Under the pieces are notes generated by a model. That model searched no databases. It saw only the letters and a program-made list of their open reading frames with translations, and was not told where the DNA came from. From the NCBI GenBank assembly GCA_021324155.1, contig JAJPJQ010000022.1, positions 30,450 through 94,449 of the forward strand: DNA of 64,000 nucleotides, given 5' to 3'. Below are positions 50,387 through 59,163 of this stretch, piece by piece; the stretch's first letter is position 1; the number at the start of each line of letters is the position of its first letter. The position numbers and the translations under genes were made by a program. This DNA is from Pseudomonadota bacterium. GTDB taxonomy: Bacteria; Desulfobacterota; Binatia; UBA9968.

Positions 50387-50752
50387 ATGTACGACGATTT
50401 CCTAGCCCGAATACTCGAGCCGGATACTTGCCTGCCGTCGCAGTTCTACGGCAATCGCGGCATCTCGCGTCAGCTTGAAGGCGAGAAGCGCCTGATGATC
50501 GCGGTCATGAAAGACGCGGTGGAATGCCTGGAAAAGTACCGCAGCTCGCGCGGCGGACCGGCCCGCGAGCTCTATGAGAACTCACTCGCCTGGGTCGCGG
50601 ACGGCGGCACGGAATGGCTGTTTTCGTTCGACAATATCTGCGGCTTGCTCGGATTCGATCCCGACTACACGCGCGCCTTCCTGCTCAAGCGCGAGCGCAA
50701 GCTCGCCCGGCCGATGAAGGGCAAGCACCTCGTTTTTTCCGCTTCGGCGTGA
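50387..50752 (+). CDS. hypothetical protein (121 aa)
   Basis: Good-length ORF with host-like composition after an AT-rich 130-nt leader. I recognise no motif beyond GEKRLMIAVMKDAVECL ... WLFSFDNICGLLGFDPDY. Confidence 0.5.
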   Translation: MYDDFLARILEPDTCLPSQFYGNRGISRQLEGEKRLMIAVMKDAVECLEKYRSSRGGPARELYENSLAWVADGGTEWLFSFDNICGLLGFDPDYTRAFLLKRERKLARPMKGKHLVFSASA

Positions 50753-52141
50753 TTATCTCCGCCGCGATTTGATCGTGGCGATCTCCTCTTTGATCATTTG
50801 CGCGCGCGGGGAGGCCTCTCCGAGGGCTTTGATCGCGCGCTCGTAATCGGCGACCGCTCTTTCATCCTCATCCTGCAACAGCATCGAGCGGCCGATGTAA
50901 TAATAGCCTTCTCCGGGCCGATTCATGCGGCCGTACGCTACCCCGAGCCGATTGAATGCGAGCGCCGAATAGGGCGCGAGATTGGTCGCATTCAAGTACG
51001 CATTGGCCGCCTCGCGCATGTTGTTCTCTCGTTCGTACATCTCTCCGAGATAAAGGTAACTGACCGCATCGCGCGAATCGGCCCTGATCGCTCGATCGAA
51101 AGCTTCGCGCGCGAGCGGGAACTCGCCCGCTTGGCCGTAAAGCCTGCCCAAGTCGCGGTCGATCCCCGGCCGGCGCGGATCGAGGCCGCGCGCCTTCTCG
51201 AAATTCTGCCGCGCCAGCGGAACTTTTCCCTGCGCGAATTGAGCGATCGCTAAGTAGTGGCGCGCCTCGGCGTTGTCCGGCTGTTCGCTCAGGGCGCGCT
51301 CGCTTTCCGCAATGATCGCCTCTTCCTCGTGCCGATCGAGGCGCAGTAAGGTTTGCAGTCTTCTTACCGCATCCGGCGTCTCGCGCATCGGCGCGCGCTC
51401 GGGCAGCGAGCTGATAATTCGCTCGATGTTCGCCATACGCTCCTTGGTAACAGGGTGGGTCAGAAGGTACGGCGGAATGCCCGAAGCCAGCAGCGCGTTC
51501 TGCTGATCCATCGTCTTCATAAACGAGAGCATGCCTTTGGGGTCGTATCCCGCCTGGGCCATGTATTTGAGGCCCAGAGTGTCGGCTTCGAGCTCGAGCT
51601 GCCGACTGAAGGCGAACTGGCGGGTGGCCGACAACGCTTGGCCGATGGCGCCCGCCGCCTGCGCCCCCGCGCCGCCGCGCGCGAGAACCATGCCTAAAAG
51701 ACCCAGCAGGCTGAGCGGGTCGGGGCCGGACATGCGCGCCATGTGATGGTCCTTGGCGTGAATGATTTCGTGGCCCATGACGCCCGCCAGCTCCGAGGTG
51801 CTTTTCACGCGGTCGAGAAGCCCCGTATAGATGTAGATCGACCCGCCGGGAACGGAAAACGCGTTGAGCGCGGAATCGGAGACGACGAAGAAGCGATACT
51901 CGAACGTTTGCGGACCCATTACCGAGAGCAATCGCCGGCCGATCTGATCGACGAATCCTTCGACTTCCGGATTGGTGACGAACGAGAGCTGCTTTTTCGC
52001 CTCGCGGCGGAATTGCCGGCTGATGCGCGACTCGTCATCCTCCTGGATCGCGTGCGCCGGCGGCGTGAATTTGCCGGAAGGAATGTACGTGCAGCCGACG
52101 ATCAACGCAATCGCCAGCAGATGCGCACGGCGGTAAAACAT
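50753..52141 (-). CDS. BepA-like M48 metalloprotease-TPR lipoprotein
   Basis: Start MFYRRAHLLAIALIVGC (lipobox LIVGC), HEIIHAKDHH zinc motif, ELEAD, THP, then C-terminal TPR repeats. The 715-aa ORF extension upstream is rejected. Confidence 0.85.
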   Translation of the reverse strand: MFYRRAHLLAIALIVGCTYIPSGKFTPPAHAIQEDDESRISRQFRREAKKQLSFVTNPEVEGFVDQIGRRLLSVMGPQTFEYRFFVVSDSALNAFSVPGGSIYIYTGLLDRVKSTSELAGVMGHEIIHAKDHHMARMSGPDPLSLLGLLGMVLARGGAGAQAAGAIGQALSATRQFAFSRQLELEADTLGLKYMAQAGYDPKGMLSFMKTMDQQNALLASGIPPYLLTHPVTKERMANIERIISSLPERAPMRETPDAVRRLQTLLRLDRHEEEAIIAESERALSEQPDNAEARHYLAIAQFAQGKVPLARQNFEKARGLDPRRPGIDRDLGRLYGQAGEFPLAREAFDRAIRADSRDAVSYLYLGEMYERENNMREAANAYLNATNLAPYSALAFNRLGVAYGRMNRPGEGYYYIGRSMLLQDEDERAVADYERAIKALGEASPRAQMIKEEIATIKSRRR

Positions 52142-52147
52142 CGCATG

Positions 52148-52176
52148 ATTATAGTGAGTGTCCGTGGGGGTAGCAA
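52148..52176 (-). promoter_or_regulatory. candidate sigma-70 promoter (TTGCTA-N17-TATAAT, minus strand) placed for a leaderless transcript
   Basis: The consensus -10 ends 6 nt before the ATG at 52141, so the predicted transcription start falls at or next to the start codon. Confidence 0.35.
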
Positions 52177-52187
52177 TAGCGCGGTGC

Positions 52188-52216
52188 TTGACGGTAAGAT
52201 GAGGAAATCCTATTTT
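52188..52216 (+). promoter_or_regulatory. candidate sigma-70 promoter (TTGACG-N17-TATTTT) for the crotonase/ACAD operon
   Basis: Hexamers with a 17-nt spacer, 36 nt upstream of the ATG at 52253 (GAGGAG RBS). Confidence 0.4.
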
Positions 52217-52252
52217 TCGACACGAGCAATACTGCATTACGTGAGGAGCTGC

Positions 52253-53047
52253 ATGGCGTACGAGACCTTCATTTACGAAGTCGAAGACGGAATCGCGACG
52301 GTGCGCCTGAACGATCCGAAAACGCTCAACGCGCTGACGTTCAAAACCTATGAAGAGCTCGAGCGGCTGACGCGCGAGCTCGTCGACGACGCTGCCGTCC
52401 AGGTGCTCGTCATCACGGGCGACGGCAAAGGCTTCTGCTCCGGCGGCAGCCTGCACGACATTATCGCGAAGCTGATCGAAATGAAGGGCGACTCGCTGTA
52501 TCGCTTCACGCGCATGACGTGCGACGTCGTCAAGAACATGCGCGCGCTGAAAAAGCCGATCATCGCCGCGGTCAACGGCATCGCCGCTGGCGCCGGGGCG
52601 ATGCTCGCGCTCGCGAGCGATTTCCGCATCGTGTCGACAAGCGCGCGCTTCGCTTTTTTGTTCGTCAAAGTCGGCCTCGCCGGCGCGGATATGGGAGCGA
52701 TTCATCTTTTGCCGCGCATCGTGGGCCAGGGCCGCGCCACGGAGCTGCTTATGCTCGGCGAAGCCGTCGACGCGCAGGAAGCCTGGCGCATCGGTCTCGC
52801 CAACCGCGTCGTGCGCCATGAAGAATTGCTCGACGAAGCCTACGCTTTCGCGCGCAAGCTCAAAGAAGGCCCGCTTTACGCGATGGGCGTCACCAAACAA
52901 TTGATCAACCGCGAGATGCAGATGGAGCTCGAGGCGGCGCTCGAGATGGAGGCGCGCGCACAGGCAATCTGCATGGAGAACGGCGACTTCCGCGAAGGCT
53001 ACCGGTCGATCGTGGAAAAACGGCCGCCGCTGTTCAACCGCGGCTAG
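52253..53047 (+). CDS. enoyl-CoA hydratase/isomerase family protein
   Basis: ATVRLNDPKTLNAL, GDGKGFCSGG, AAVNGIAAGAGAMLALASD. 264 aa. Confidence 0.88.
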   Translation: MAYETFIYEVEDGIATVRLNDPKTLNALTFKTYEELERLTRELVDDAAVQVLVITGDGKGFCSGGSLHDIIAKLIEMKGDSLYRFTRMTCDVVKNMRALKKPIIAAVNGIAAGAGAMLALASDFRIVSTSARFAFLFVKVGLAGADMGAIHLLPRIVGQGRATELLMLGEAVDAQEAWRIGLANRVVRHEELLDEAYAFARKLKEGPLYAMGVTKQLINREMQMELEAALEMEARAQAICMENGDFREGYRSIVEKRPPLFNRG

Positions 53048-53055
53048 CAGCCTCG

Positions 53056-54201
53056 ATGCACCCGCACCTCGACGCCGAGCACGAAAAATTGCGCGAGCGC
53101 GTGCGCGCGTGGGCGGAGGAAAATGCGGCTGCAGCGGCGGTGAAAGATGACGGGGTCGAAGCCGTCGCGGCGGCCGCGAAGGCGCTCGCGCCGCTCCTCG
53201 GCCGCGCCGGGTGGCTCAAACATCTGGCGCCGCGCCCGTTCGGCGGCGCCGGCGAGACGATTTCTCTTCGCGAGCTGTGCCTCTTGCGCGAAGAGCTCGC
53301 GCGCGTCGCGCCGCTGTTCGACAGCGTTCTCTCCGTGCAGGCGCTCGGAATGTATCCGATCGCGCTCGCGGGGAGCGACGAGCAGAAGCAAGATTTTCTG
53401 CCGGCGCTCGCGGACGGCGAGAAAATCGCCGCGTTTGCGCTTACCGAGCCGAATGCCGGTTCCGACGTCGCATCGCTCCAGACACGGGCGACGAAGCGCA
53501 ACGGCGATTACCGCCTGACGGGCATCAAGTCATTCATCTCGAACGCCGGCATCGCGGACGTTTACATCGTCTTCGCTTCCACCGAGCCTGCCGCGAAGGG
53601 CAAAGGTCTCAGCGCGTTCATCGTCGACGCCCGATCCCCGGGCCTCGACGTACGCGAGAAAACCCGTCTCATCGCACCGCACCCCATCGGCGTGCTCGCG
53701 TTGGAAGACTGCTTCGTCCCAGGCGCCGGCCTCATCGGCCGCGAGGGCGACGGCATGAAAATCGCGCTCGCCACGCTCGACGCGCTGCGCCCGACGGTCG
53801 GCGCCGCAGCCGTCGGCTTAGCGCGAAGGGCGCTCGAAGAAGCTCTCGACTACAGCCGAAGCAGGCGGCAGTTTGGCAGGGCGCTGGCGGACTTCCAAGG
53901 AATTCAGTTCAAGCTCGCGGAGATGGCAACGGACCTCGAAGCCGCATCCCTGCTCGTGTACCAGTCGGCATGGATGCATGACCGCGGCGTCGGGTCCAAA
54001 CGCTGCGCCGCCATGGCAAAGCTTTTCGCCACCGAGGCTGCGCAGCGGATTGCGGATCAAGCGCTGCAAATCCACGGCGGACTCGGCGTCGTGACGACAT
54101 CCGCCGTCGCGCAGCTCTATAACGCCGTGCGCGCGCTGAGGATTTACGAGGGAACGTCGGAGATCCAAAAACTCGTGATCGCACGGGAGCTATTGAAGTG
54201 A
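53056..54201 (+). CDS. acyl-CoA dehydrogenase
   Basis: FALTEPNAGSD, RTVGAA-like PTVGAAAVG, QIHGG and EGTSEIQ motifs. 381 aa. Confidence 0.92.
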   Translation: MHPHLDAEHEKLRERVRAWAEENAAAAAVKDDGVEAVAAAAKALAPLLGRAGWLKHLAPRPFGGAGETISLRELCLLREELARVAPLFDSVLSVQALGMYPIALAGSDEQKQDFLPALADGEKIAAFALTEPNAGSDVASLQTRATKRNGDYRLTGIKSFISNAGIADVYIVFASTEPAAKGKGLSAFIVDARSPGLDVREKTRLIAPHPIGVLALEDCFVPGAGLIGREGDGMKIALATLDALRPTVGAAAVGLARRALEEALDYSRSRRQFGRALADFQGIQFKLAEMATDLEAASLLVYQSAWMHDRGVGSKRCAAMAKLFATEAAQRIADQALQIHGGLGVVTTSAVAQLYNAVRALRIYEGTSEIQKLVIARELLK

Positions 54202-54289
54202 GCAGTGGGGCGTGAGTGGTGAGTACTTATGAGTTCTGATTCTATCCGCCGCATCCCACTACTCACTGCTCATTACTCACTACTCAGTA
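54198..54289. repeat. inverted arrays of 7-nt tandem repeats (4x GTGAGNN facing 5x CTCANTN)
   Basis: Left array: GTGAGCA GTGGGGC GTGAGTG GTGAGTA (54198-54225, the first unit overlaps the ACAD stop). Right array: CCCACTA CTCACTG CTCATTA CTCACTA CTCAGTA (54255-54289). The arrays are imperfect reverse complements, and the GGAGGA RBS of the next gene follows at 54295. Confidence 0.75.
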
Positions 54290-54305
54290 ATCCCGGAGGA
54301 AAATA

Positions 54306-55460
54306 ATGGATTTCGAACTAAGCGAAGAGCTGATCGCCGTGCGCGACCTCGCGCGCGATTTCGCCGCGAAGGAAATCGCGCCCACTGCCGCTGCTGACGA
54401 CCGCGAGCGCAAATTCCGCCGGGACCTGATCGCGAAGATGGGCGAGCTCGGCTTTTACGGCGCGGCGATCCGCGAGGACCGCGGCGGCAACGGGCTCGGC
54501 TTCCTCGCGCTTTCGCTGATCACCGAGGAGATCGCGCGCGCGCACAGCGCCATCCGCGTCTTCATCAACATGCAGGTCGGTCCGGCGCTGGTCCTCGATC
54601 GCTTCGGCAACGACGCGCAACGAAAGCGCTGGCTGCCGCCGCTGATCCAGGGCGAGAAAGTCGGCTGCTTCGCCATCACCGAGCCGGACGCCGGCTCGGA
54701 CGTCGCCGCGATACGCACGACCGCGACGCGCAACGGCGGCGATTACGTCTTGAACGGATCGAAAATCTGGATCTCGAACGCGCCGGTCGCCGACTGCGGC
54801 CTCGTCTACGCCGTTACCGATAAGGCGCAAAAGCACCGCGGTATCTCCGCCTTCGTAGCCGATTTTCATCAGCCGGGCATAAGCCGCCGCGAACTCGAGG
54901 TGATGGGGACTCACGCGTCGCCCCTCGGCGAGCTCACGTTCGAGAAGTTTCGCGTGCCCGCGGAGAATTTAATCGGTAAGGAAGGCGAAGGCTTCAAGAT
55001 CTGCATGTGGCAGCTGAACAATACGCGGCTCAGCTGCGCCGCGGGCGCGCTGGGTTTGGCCACCGCCGCGCGTGACGCGGCCGTCGCCTATTGCAACCAG
55101 CGCGAGCAATTCGGCCAGAAGATCGGCCAGTTTCAGATGAACCAGGACTTGATCGCGCAGATGGTCGTGCACGAGGAAGCCGCGCGTCTGCTCGTCTATC
55201 GCGCCGCCTGGCTCGCGGATCAGAAGCGCGCCAACAACCTCGAAGTCTCGATTGCCAAATACACCGCCGCCGAGGCCGCCGCGTTCGCCGCCGACGCGGC
55301 TCTGCGGATCCTCGGCGCCTACGGCTACTCCACCGAGTTTCCGGTCGAGCGCTATCTTCGCGACGCGAAGTCGTATCAGATCGTCGAAGGCTCTTCGAAC
55401 ATTCAGAAGCTGATTATCGCGCAGGACGCGCTCGGCTACCGGAAGGCGAACCGGGACTAG
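54306..55460 (+). CDS. acyl-CoA dehydrogenase (second, tandem)
   Basis: FAITEPDAGSD, ILGAYGY and EGSSNIQ motifs. 384 aa. Confidence 0.92.
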   Translation: MDFELSEELIAVRDLARDFAAKEIAPTAAADDRERKFRRDLIAKMGELGFYGAAIREDRGGNGLGFLALSLITEEIARAHSAIRVFINMQVGPALVLDRFGNDAQRKRWLPPLIQGEKVGCFAITEPDAGSDVAAIRTTATRNGGDYVLNGSKIWISNAPVADCGLVYAVTDKAQKHRGISAFVADFHQPGISRRELEVMGTHASPLGELTFEKFRVPAENLIGKEGEGFKICMWQLNNTRLSCAAGALGLATAARDAAVAYCNQREQFGQKIGQFQMNQDLIAQMVVHEEAARLLVYRAAWLADQKRANNLEVSIAKYTAAEAAAFAADAALRILGAYGYSTEFPVERYLRDAKSYQIVEGSSNIQKLIIAQDALGYRKANRD

Positions 55461-57375
55461 CGGGCGGAGTTTTCTTTTTCTGCACATCCGCGGCGATGCC
55501 GAGGTTGTAGCGCGCGACCTCGTAATTCGGGTCGATCGCGAGAGCGGCGCGATATTCCGCGATCGCTTCGTCGACCTTGTCCTGCTCCAGCAGCGCGTTC
55601 GCCAGATTGTAGTGGGGCTCCTTGTAATTCGGATCGATCTTAATCGCCGCGCGATATTCCGCGATCGCTTCCGCGACGTTTCCCTGATTCATCAGAATCA
55701 CGCCGAGGTTGTTGTGCGCCTCCTTGAATGCCGGATCGACGGCGATGGCGCGGCGGTAATGATCGATCGCGCCCGCGAGATCTCCTTCGTAAAAGAGCAC
55801 GGCGGCGAGGTTGTTGTGAGCCTCTTTGTAGCGCGGATCGATCCGCAACGCTTCGGCGTACTCGCGCTTGGCGTCCTCGACGTCGCCGCGGCCCGCGAGC
55901 GTGAGACCGAGATTATGATGGCCTTCCTTGTAATTGGGATCGATTTGGATCGCGAGGCGGTAATGCGCGATCGCTTCGTTTTGTCTTCCGAGCTGTACGA
56001 GCACGTTCGCCAGACTGTTTTGCGCCTTCGACGCGCGCGGATAGGCCGCCACGGCGTGACGCCAGAGCGTCAGCGGGTCGCTCCACACCTGAACCTGCCG
56101 CCAGGTGAGCGCGCCGAGAACGAGCACGGCCGCAGCCGAGACAACGGCGGCCGCGGCGCGCACGAGCCGCTGATCCTGCGTAATTATATAGCGCAGCGCG
56201 CCGGCGGTGAGAATTGCCCAGCCGAGGCCCGACAGATACGTATACCGGTCGGCGGCGAATTGCGGTCCTGCCTGCGCGAGACCCAGAACGGGCGCGAGCA
56301 ATGCGAGATAACTGATCCAAACGGCGAGCAGCCCGGGCCAGCGACGGCGGTACAAAATGAGAACCGCCGTCACAGCGACGTCGACTGTGACGCCTAAGAC
56401 GAAGAAGATCCAATCGCTTTTTTCCAGGTGCAGCGGTATCGCATATATCGGCGACAGATCGATCGGCGCGATCATCTTCCATAGATAAAATGCCGGCGCG
56501 AAGAGCGCCTGACCCAATCGCTTGGCGAAGCCGTAATTATCCAACGTCAGCAGCGCGCCCGCGTCCCGCTGTGCGGCGAACGCCAGTACAGCGAAAATGA
56601 CCGCAAGAGTAACGAAGGGGATCTTTTCCAACCAGACGCGTCGCATCTTCGGCGCGAACCACCTGCCTGAGCCGAGGCGGCGCAACGGATAAACGTCCAG
56701 AACGACAAGCACGACCGGCAGCGTCATCGCCGTCGCTTTGGAAAGCAAAGACAGCGCATAAAAAATGACCGCCGCCGCGAGCCACGATCCGCGGCGCAGA
56801 TCGCTCGCGGCCGCCTTCAAGTAGCAAAGCAGCGTCGCAAGAAAAAACAGGCCGGAGAGAACATCTCTGCGCTCCGTAATCCACGCTACGGATTCGACCC
56901 TGAGCGGATGAAGCGCGAAAAGAAGCGCGGCGAAACAAGCGGTGAGGCGCAGCCGTGAGGACGCTTCGTCGCCGACGCTCAAGACGAGCAACCGAAGCGC
57001 GAGGAAATAGAACAGCACCGCGTTGACGCAATGAAGCAGGAGACTCGTCAAATGATACCCGAACGGGTCGAGACCCCACAGAAAATAGTCCACCGCATAG
57101 GTCAGCCAGGTAAGCGGCTGGTAATGCCCCATATAGAACGTGCCGAACATCCATCGGATATTCGACCACCCGAGCGCGCGATACCGCGTATTTTCCAGCA
57201 GGAGCTTGACGTCGTCCCAATCTACGTAGCCGTTGTAGAGCGATGGCAGGAAAAAGCCGAAAGTAAGCGCCACGAGAACGAACGGCAGCGCGTAGCGGAG
57301 CACGGCCGGCCAAACCCCGGCTTCGCCGGGCGTCGCGGACGGATTGGCGGCGGCAGTTGTCGATCTTTCAGGCAT
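55414..57375 (-). CDS. TMTC-like membrane protein: polytopic N-terminal (PMT_2/DUF1736-like) domain + C-terminal TPR array
   Basis: VDWDD motif after the first TM segment, about 10 TM helices, then at least five 34-aa TPRs (IDPNYKEAHNNLG recurring). I chose the start MPERS at 57375, which overlaps the cbtA stop by 8 nt. Confidence 0.75.
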   Translation of the reverse strand: MPERSTTAAANPSATPGEAGVWPAVLRYALPFVLVALTFGFFLPSLYNGYVDWDDVKLLLENTRYRALGWSNIRWMFGTFYMGHYQPLTWLTYAVDYFLWGLDPFGYHLTSLLLHCVNAVLFYFLALRLLVLSVGDEASSRLRLTACFAALLFALHPLRVESVAWITERRDVLSGLFFLATLLCYLKAAASDLRRGSWLAAAVIFYALSLLSKATAMTLPVVLVVLDVYPLRRLGSGRWFAPKMRRVWLEKIPFVTLAVIFAVLAFAAQRDAGALLTLDNYGFAKRLGQALFAPAFYLWKMIAPIDLSPIYAIPLHLEKSDWIFFVLGVTVDVAVTAVLILYRRRWPGLLAVWISYLALLAPVLGLAQAGPQFAADRYTYLSGLGWAILTAGALRYIITQDQRLVRAAAAVVSAAAVLVLGALTWRQVQVWSDPLTLWRHAVAAYPRASKAQNSLANVLVQLGRQNEAIAHYRLAIQIDPNYKEGHHNLGLTLAGRGDVEDAKREYAEALRIDPRYKEAHNNLAAVLFYEGDLAGAIDHYRRAIAVDPAFKEAHNNLGVILMNQGNVAEAIAEYRAAIKIDPNYKEPHYNLANALLEQDKVDEAIAEYRAALAIDPNYEVARYNLGIAADVQKKKTPPASPGSPSGSRARPAR

Positions 57376-58066
57376 GACTCGGAGCCGACGAACGGTACCG
57401 CGCGAGCATGCCGAAAGCGCCGCCGAGCACGGTCCAAAATACGATTTGGCCGGCGCAGGAAACAGTCCGGAAACGCCGCACCAGCTCAATGTCTATCTTC
57501 ACCGGATCGGGATTCGCGGGAAAGAAGCGATAAAGACAAACCATGTAAGCGGCATACGCCGCGAGGATGAGCAACGGCATCGGCCTGCCGGCTCGCCGCA
57601 GCGAATTTTCCGCGATAAAGGCGGTCACGCTCCCGATGAGCGAAAGCGCGATGAGCAGCACGAACAGCTCCTGGCGGTAACCGATCGTCGCCGCTTCGCC
57701 GACTCCCGGCGGGTTCGCAGGATATTTAAGCATAGGGAACAGACTTACAGACCAGCCGAGAATCAGCGCGAGCAATAAAGGGTGCAAGATATTGCCGCCG
57801 TCGGCCAGCTTCGGCGTGATCGCATAGAGGAGAACGCCGAATAAAATTCCCCATGCCACCCCATAAACACTCAAGCCGATAAACAGGCCGAACTTCTGCG
57901 TCGGGCGCGAGACGACGGGTTCCTCGGAGTGCGAACTCGTCTCGGCTTCGATCGCGACGGCGCGATCGATCAGCGGCTCGGTGAAGAAAGAGTGAAAGCC
58001 GGCCGTGATGAAAGCGGCCAAGAGGCCTGCAACGAGCGCGGTCCCGAGCAGATTCGTGAATGACAC
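57368..58066 (-). CDS. cbtA: cobalt transporter subunit CbtA
   Basis: 232 aa, multi-TM, with a His/Glu-rich loop (EAETSSHSEE). Located immediately after cbtB. Confidence 0.75.
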   Translation of the reverse strand: MSFTNLLGTALVAGLLAAFITAGFHSFFTEPLIDRAVAIEAETSSHSEEPVVSRPTQKFGLFIGLSVYGVAWGILFGVLLYAITPKLADGGNILHPLLLALILGWSVSLFPMLKYPANPPGVGEAATIGYRQELFVLLIALSLIGSVTAFIAENSLRRAGRPMPLLILAAYAAYMVCLYRFFPANPDPVKIDIELVRRFRTVSCAGQIVFWTVLGGAFGMLARYRSSAPSHA

Positions 58067-58119
58067 CTTTGATTCGCGGAACGTCAGTGCGATCGGCCTC
58101 GCGTTACGACCGGGTCGAC

Positions 58120-58335
58120 TTAGTGGCAGGGAAAGCCCGCCGCATGGCGCGCATCGTGGACGAACTCATGGATGAGGTTCATGTCGAAGGCCGCGGGTCC
58201 CTGCACCCACGAGAGCAAAAGCCCCTGATCGAGCGCCAGCGCGTAGAGCATGAAAAGCGCGAGCAGGACGAGACCCGCCGAACTCCAGGGATAGATCACG
58301 GCTTGACTCGCATTCATATGTCTCTCCATCGTCAT
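58120..58335 (-). CDS. cbtB: cobalt transporter subunit CbtB
   Basis: One TM helix and the characteristic C-terminus HEFVHDARHAAGFPCH. Confidence 0.8.
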   Translation of the reverse strand: MTMERHMNASQAVIYPWSSAGLVLLALFMLYALALDQGLLLSWVQGPAAFDMNLIHEFVHDARHAAGFPCH

Positions 58336-58386
58336 CCCGATCTTAGCTCTCTGCTTTAGCCTCTCCCCCGGCGTTTTGCAAATGCC

Positions 58387-59163
58387 TTAGGGGCGAATGA
58401 ATATGTGCGGGCGGCGCTGCGGCTCCGGCCGCTCGACACGGACCTCGACACCGTAGACTTGGCGGATCGTATCTTCCGTCAAGACCTCTTCCGGCGCGCC
58501 GTCCCGGTGAATTCTCCCGTTTTCCAGAAGCACGAGGCGCGGGAAAAAGAGCGCCGCAAGGTTGAGGTCGTGAAGCGCGGCGACAACGGTCAGCTTGCGC
58601 TCGCGGTTCAAGCGCCGCATGAGATCGAAGACGCCGAGCTGGTGCTTCAAATCGAGGAACGCCGCGGGCTCGTCCATTAAAAGAATCTCCGCCTCCTGCG
58701 CGAGAGCGCGGGCGATCATCACGCGCTGCTTCTCGCCCCCGCTGAGCTCGTGCACCCAGCGGTCCGCGAGCGACTCCGTATCGGTCGCGGCCATGCTCCG
58801 CCGCGCCGCGTCGAGGTCGGCTGCGCCTTCGAGCGCGAGCCGCTCGTGATGGCTCGCGCGCGCCATGAGAACGATCTCGGCGGCGGTAAAAGGAAAATGA
58901 ATCTCGCTCTCTTGCGGCACGACGGCGATGATGCGGCTGAGCTCGTTGCGCGAATAGGCTTCGATCGGGCGGCCAGCGAGTCTCACCGCGCCGCGCGCGG
59001 CCAGCACTCCGGATAAAATCTTCAGCAGCGTCGTCTTCCCCGACCCGTTCGGACCGAGGACGCCGATCATCTCCCCCTTTTGGATCGCGAGCGAGACGCG
59101 GTCGAGCACGCGGCGCGGCCCGTAGGCGAACAATAAATCTTCGACTTCGAGCGCCGCGCTCAT
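58387..59163 (-). CDS. ABC transporter ATP-binding protein (iron-siderophore/cobalamin family)
   Basis: GPNGSGKTTLL, LSGGEKQRV, LLMDEP. BtuD/FepC-like length. Located in the B12 operon. Confidence 0.88.
   Translation of the reverse strand: MSAALEVEDLLFAYGPRRVLDRVSLAIQKGEMIGVLGPNGSGKTTLLKILSGVLAARGAVRLAGRPIEAYSRNELSRIIAVVPQESEIHFPFTAAEIVLMARASHHERLALEGAADLDAARRSMAATDTESLADRWVHELSGGEKQRVMIARALAQEAEILLMDEPAAFLDLKHQLGVFDLMRRLNRERKLTVVAALHDLNLAALFFPRLVLLENGRIHRDGAPEEVLTEDTIRQVYGVEVRVERPEPQRRPHIFIRP

Noticed and set aside
52142-52900. N-terminal extension of the 715-aa ORF (50753-52900)
   Set aside because: The extension overlaps the well-supported crotonase gene on the other strand and has no domain signature. 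The lipoprotein signal peptide begins at the Met at 52141.
58336-58386. Cobalamin riboswitch within the B12 operon (gaps before cbtB and between btuF and btuC)
   Set aside because: The gaps are only about 45-50 nt, far shorter than a cobalamin aptamer. Any riboswitch must lie upstream of the TonB receptor, beyond 64000.
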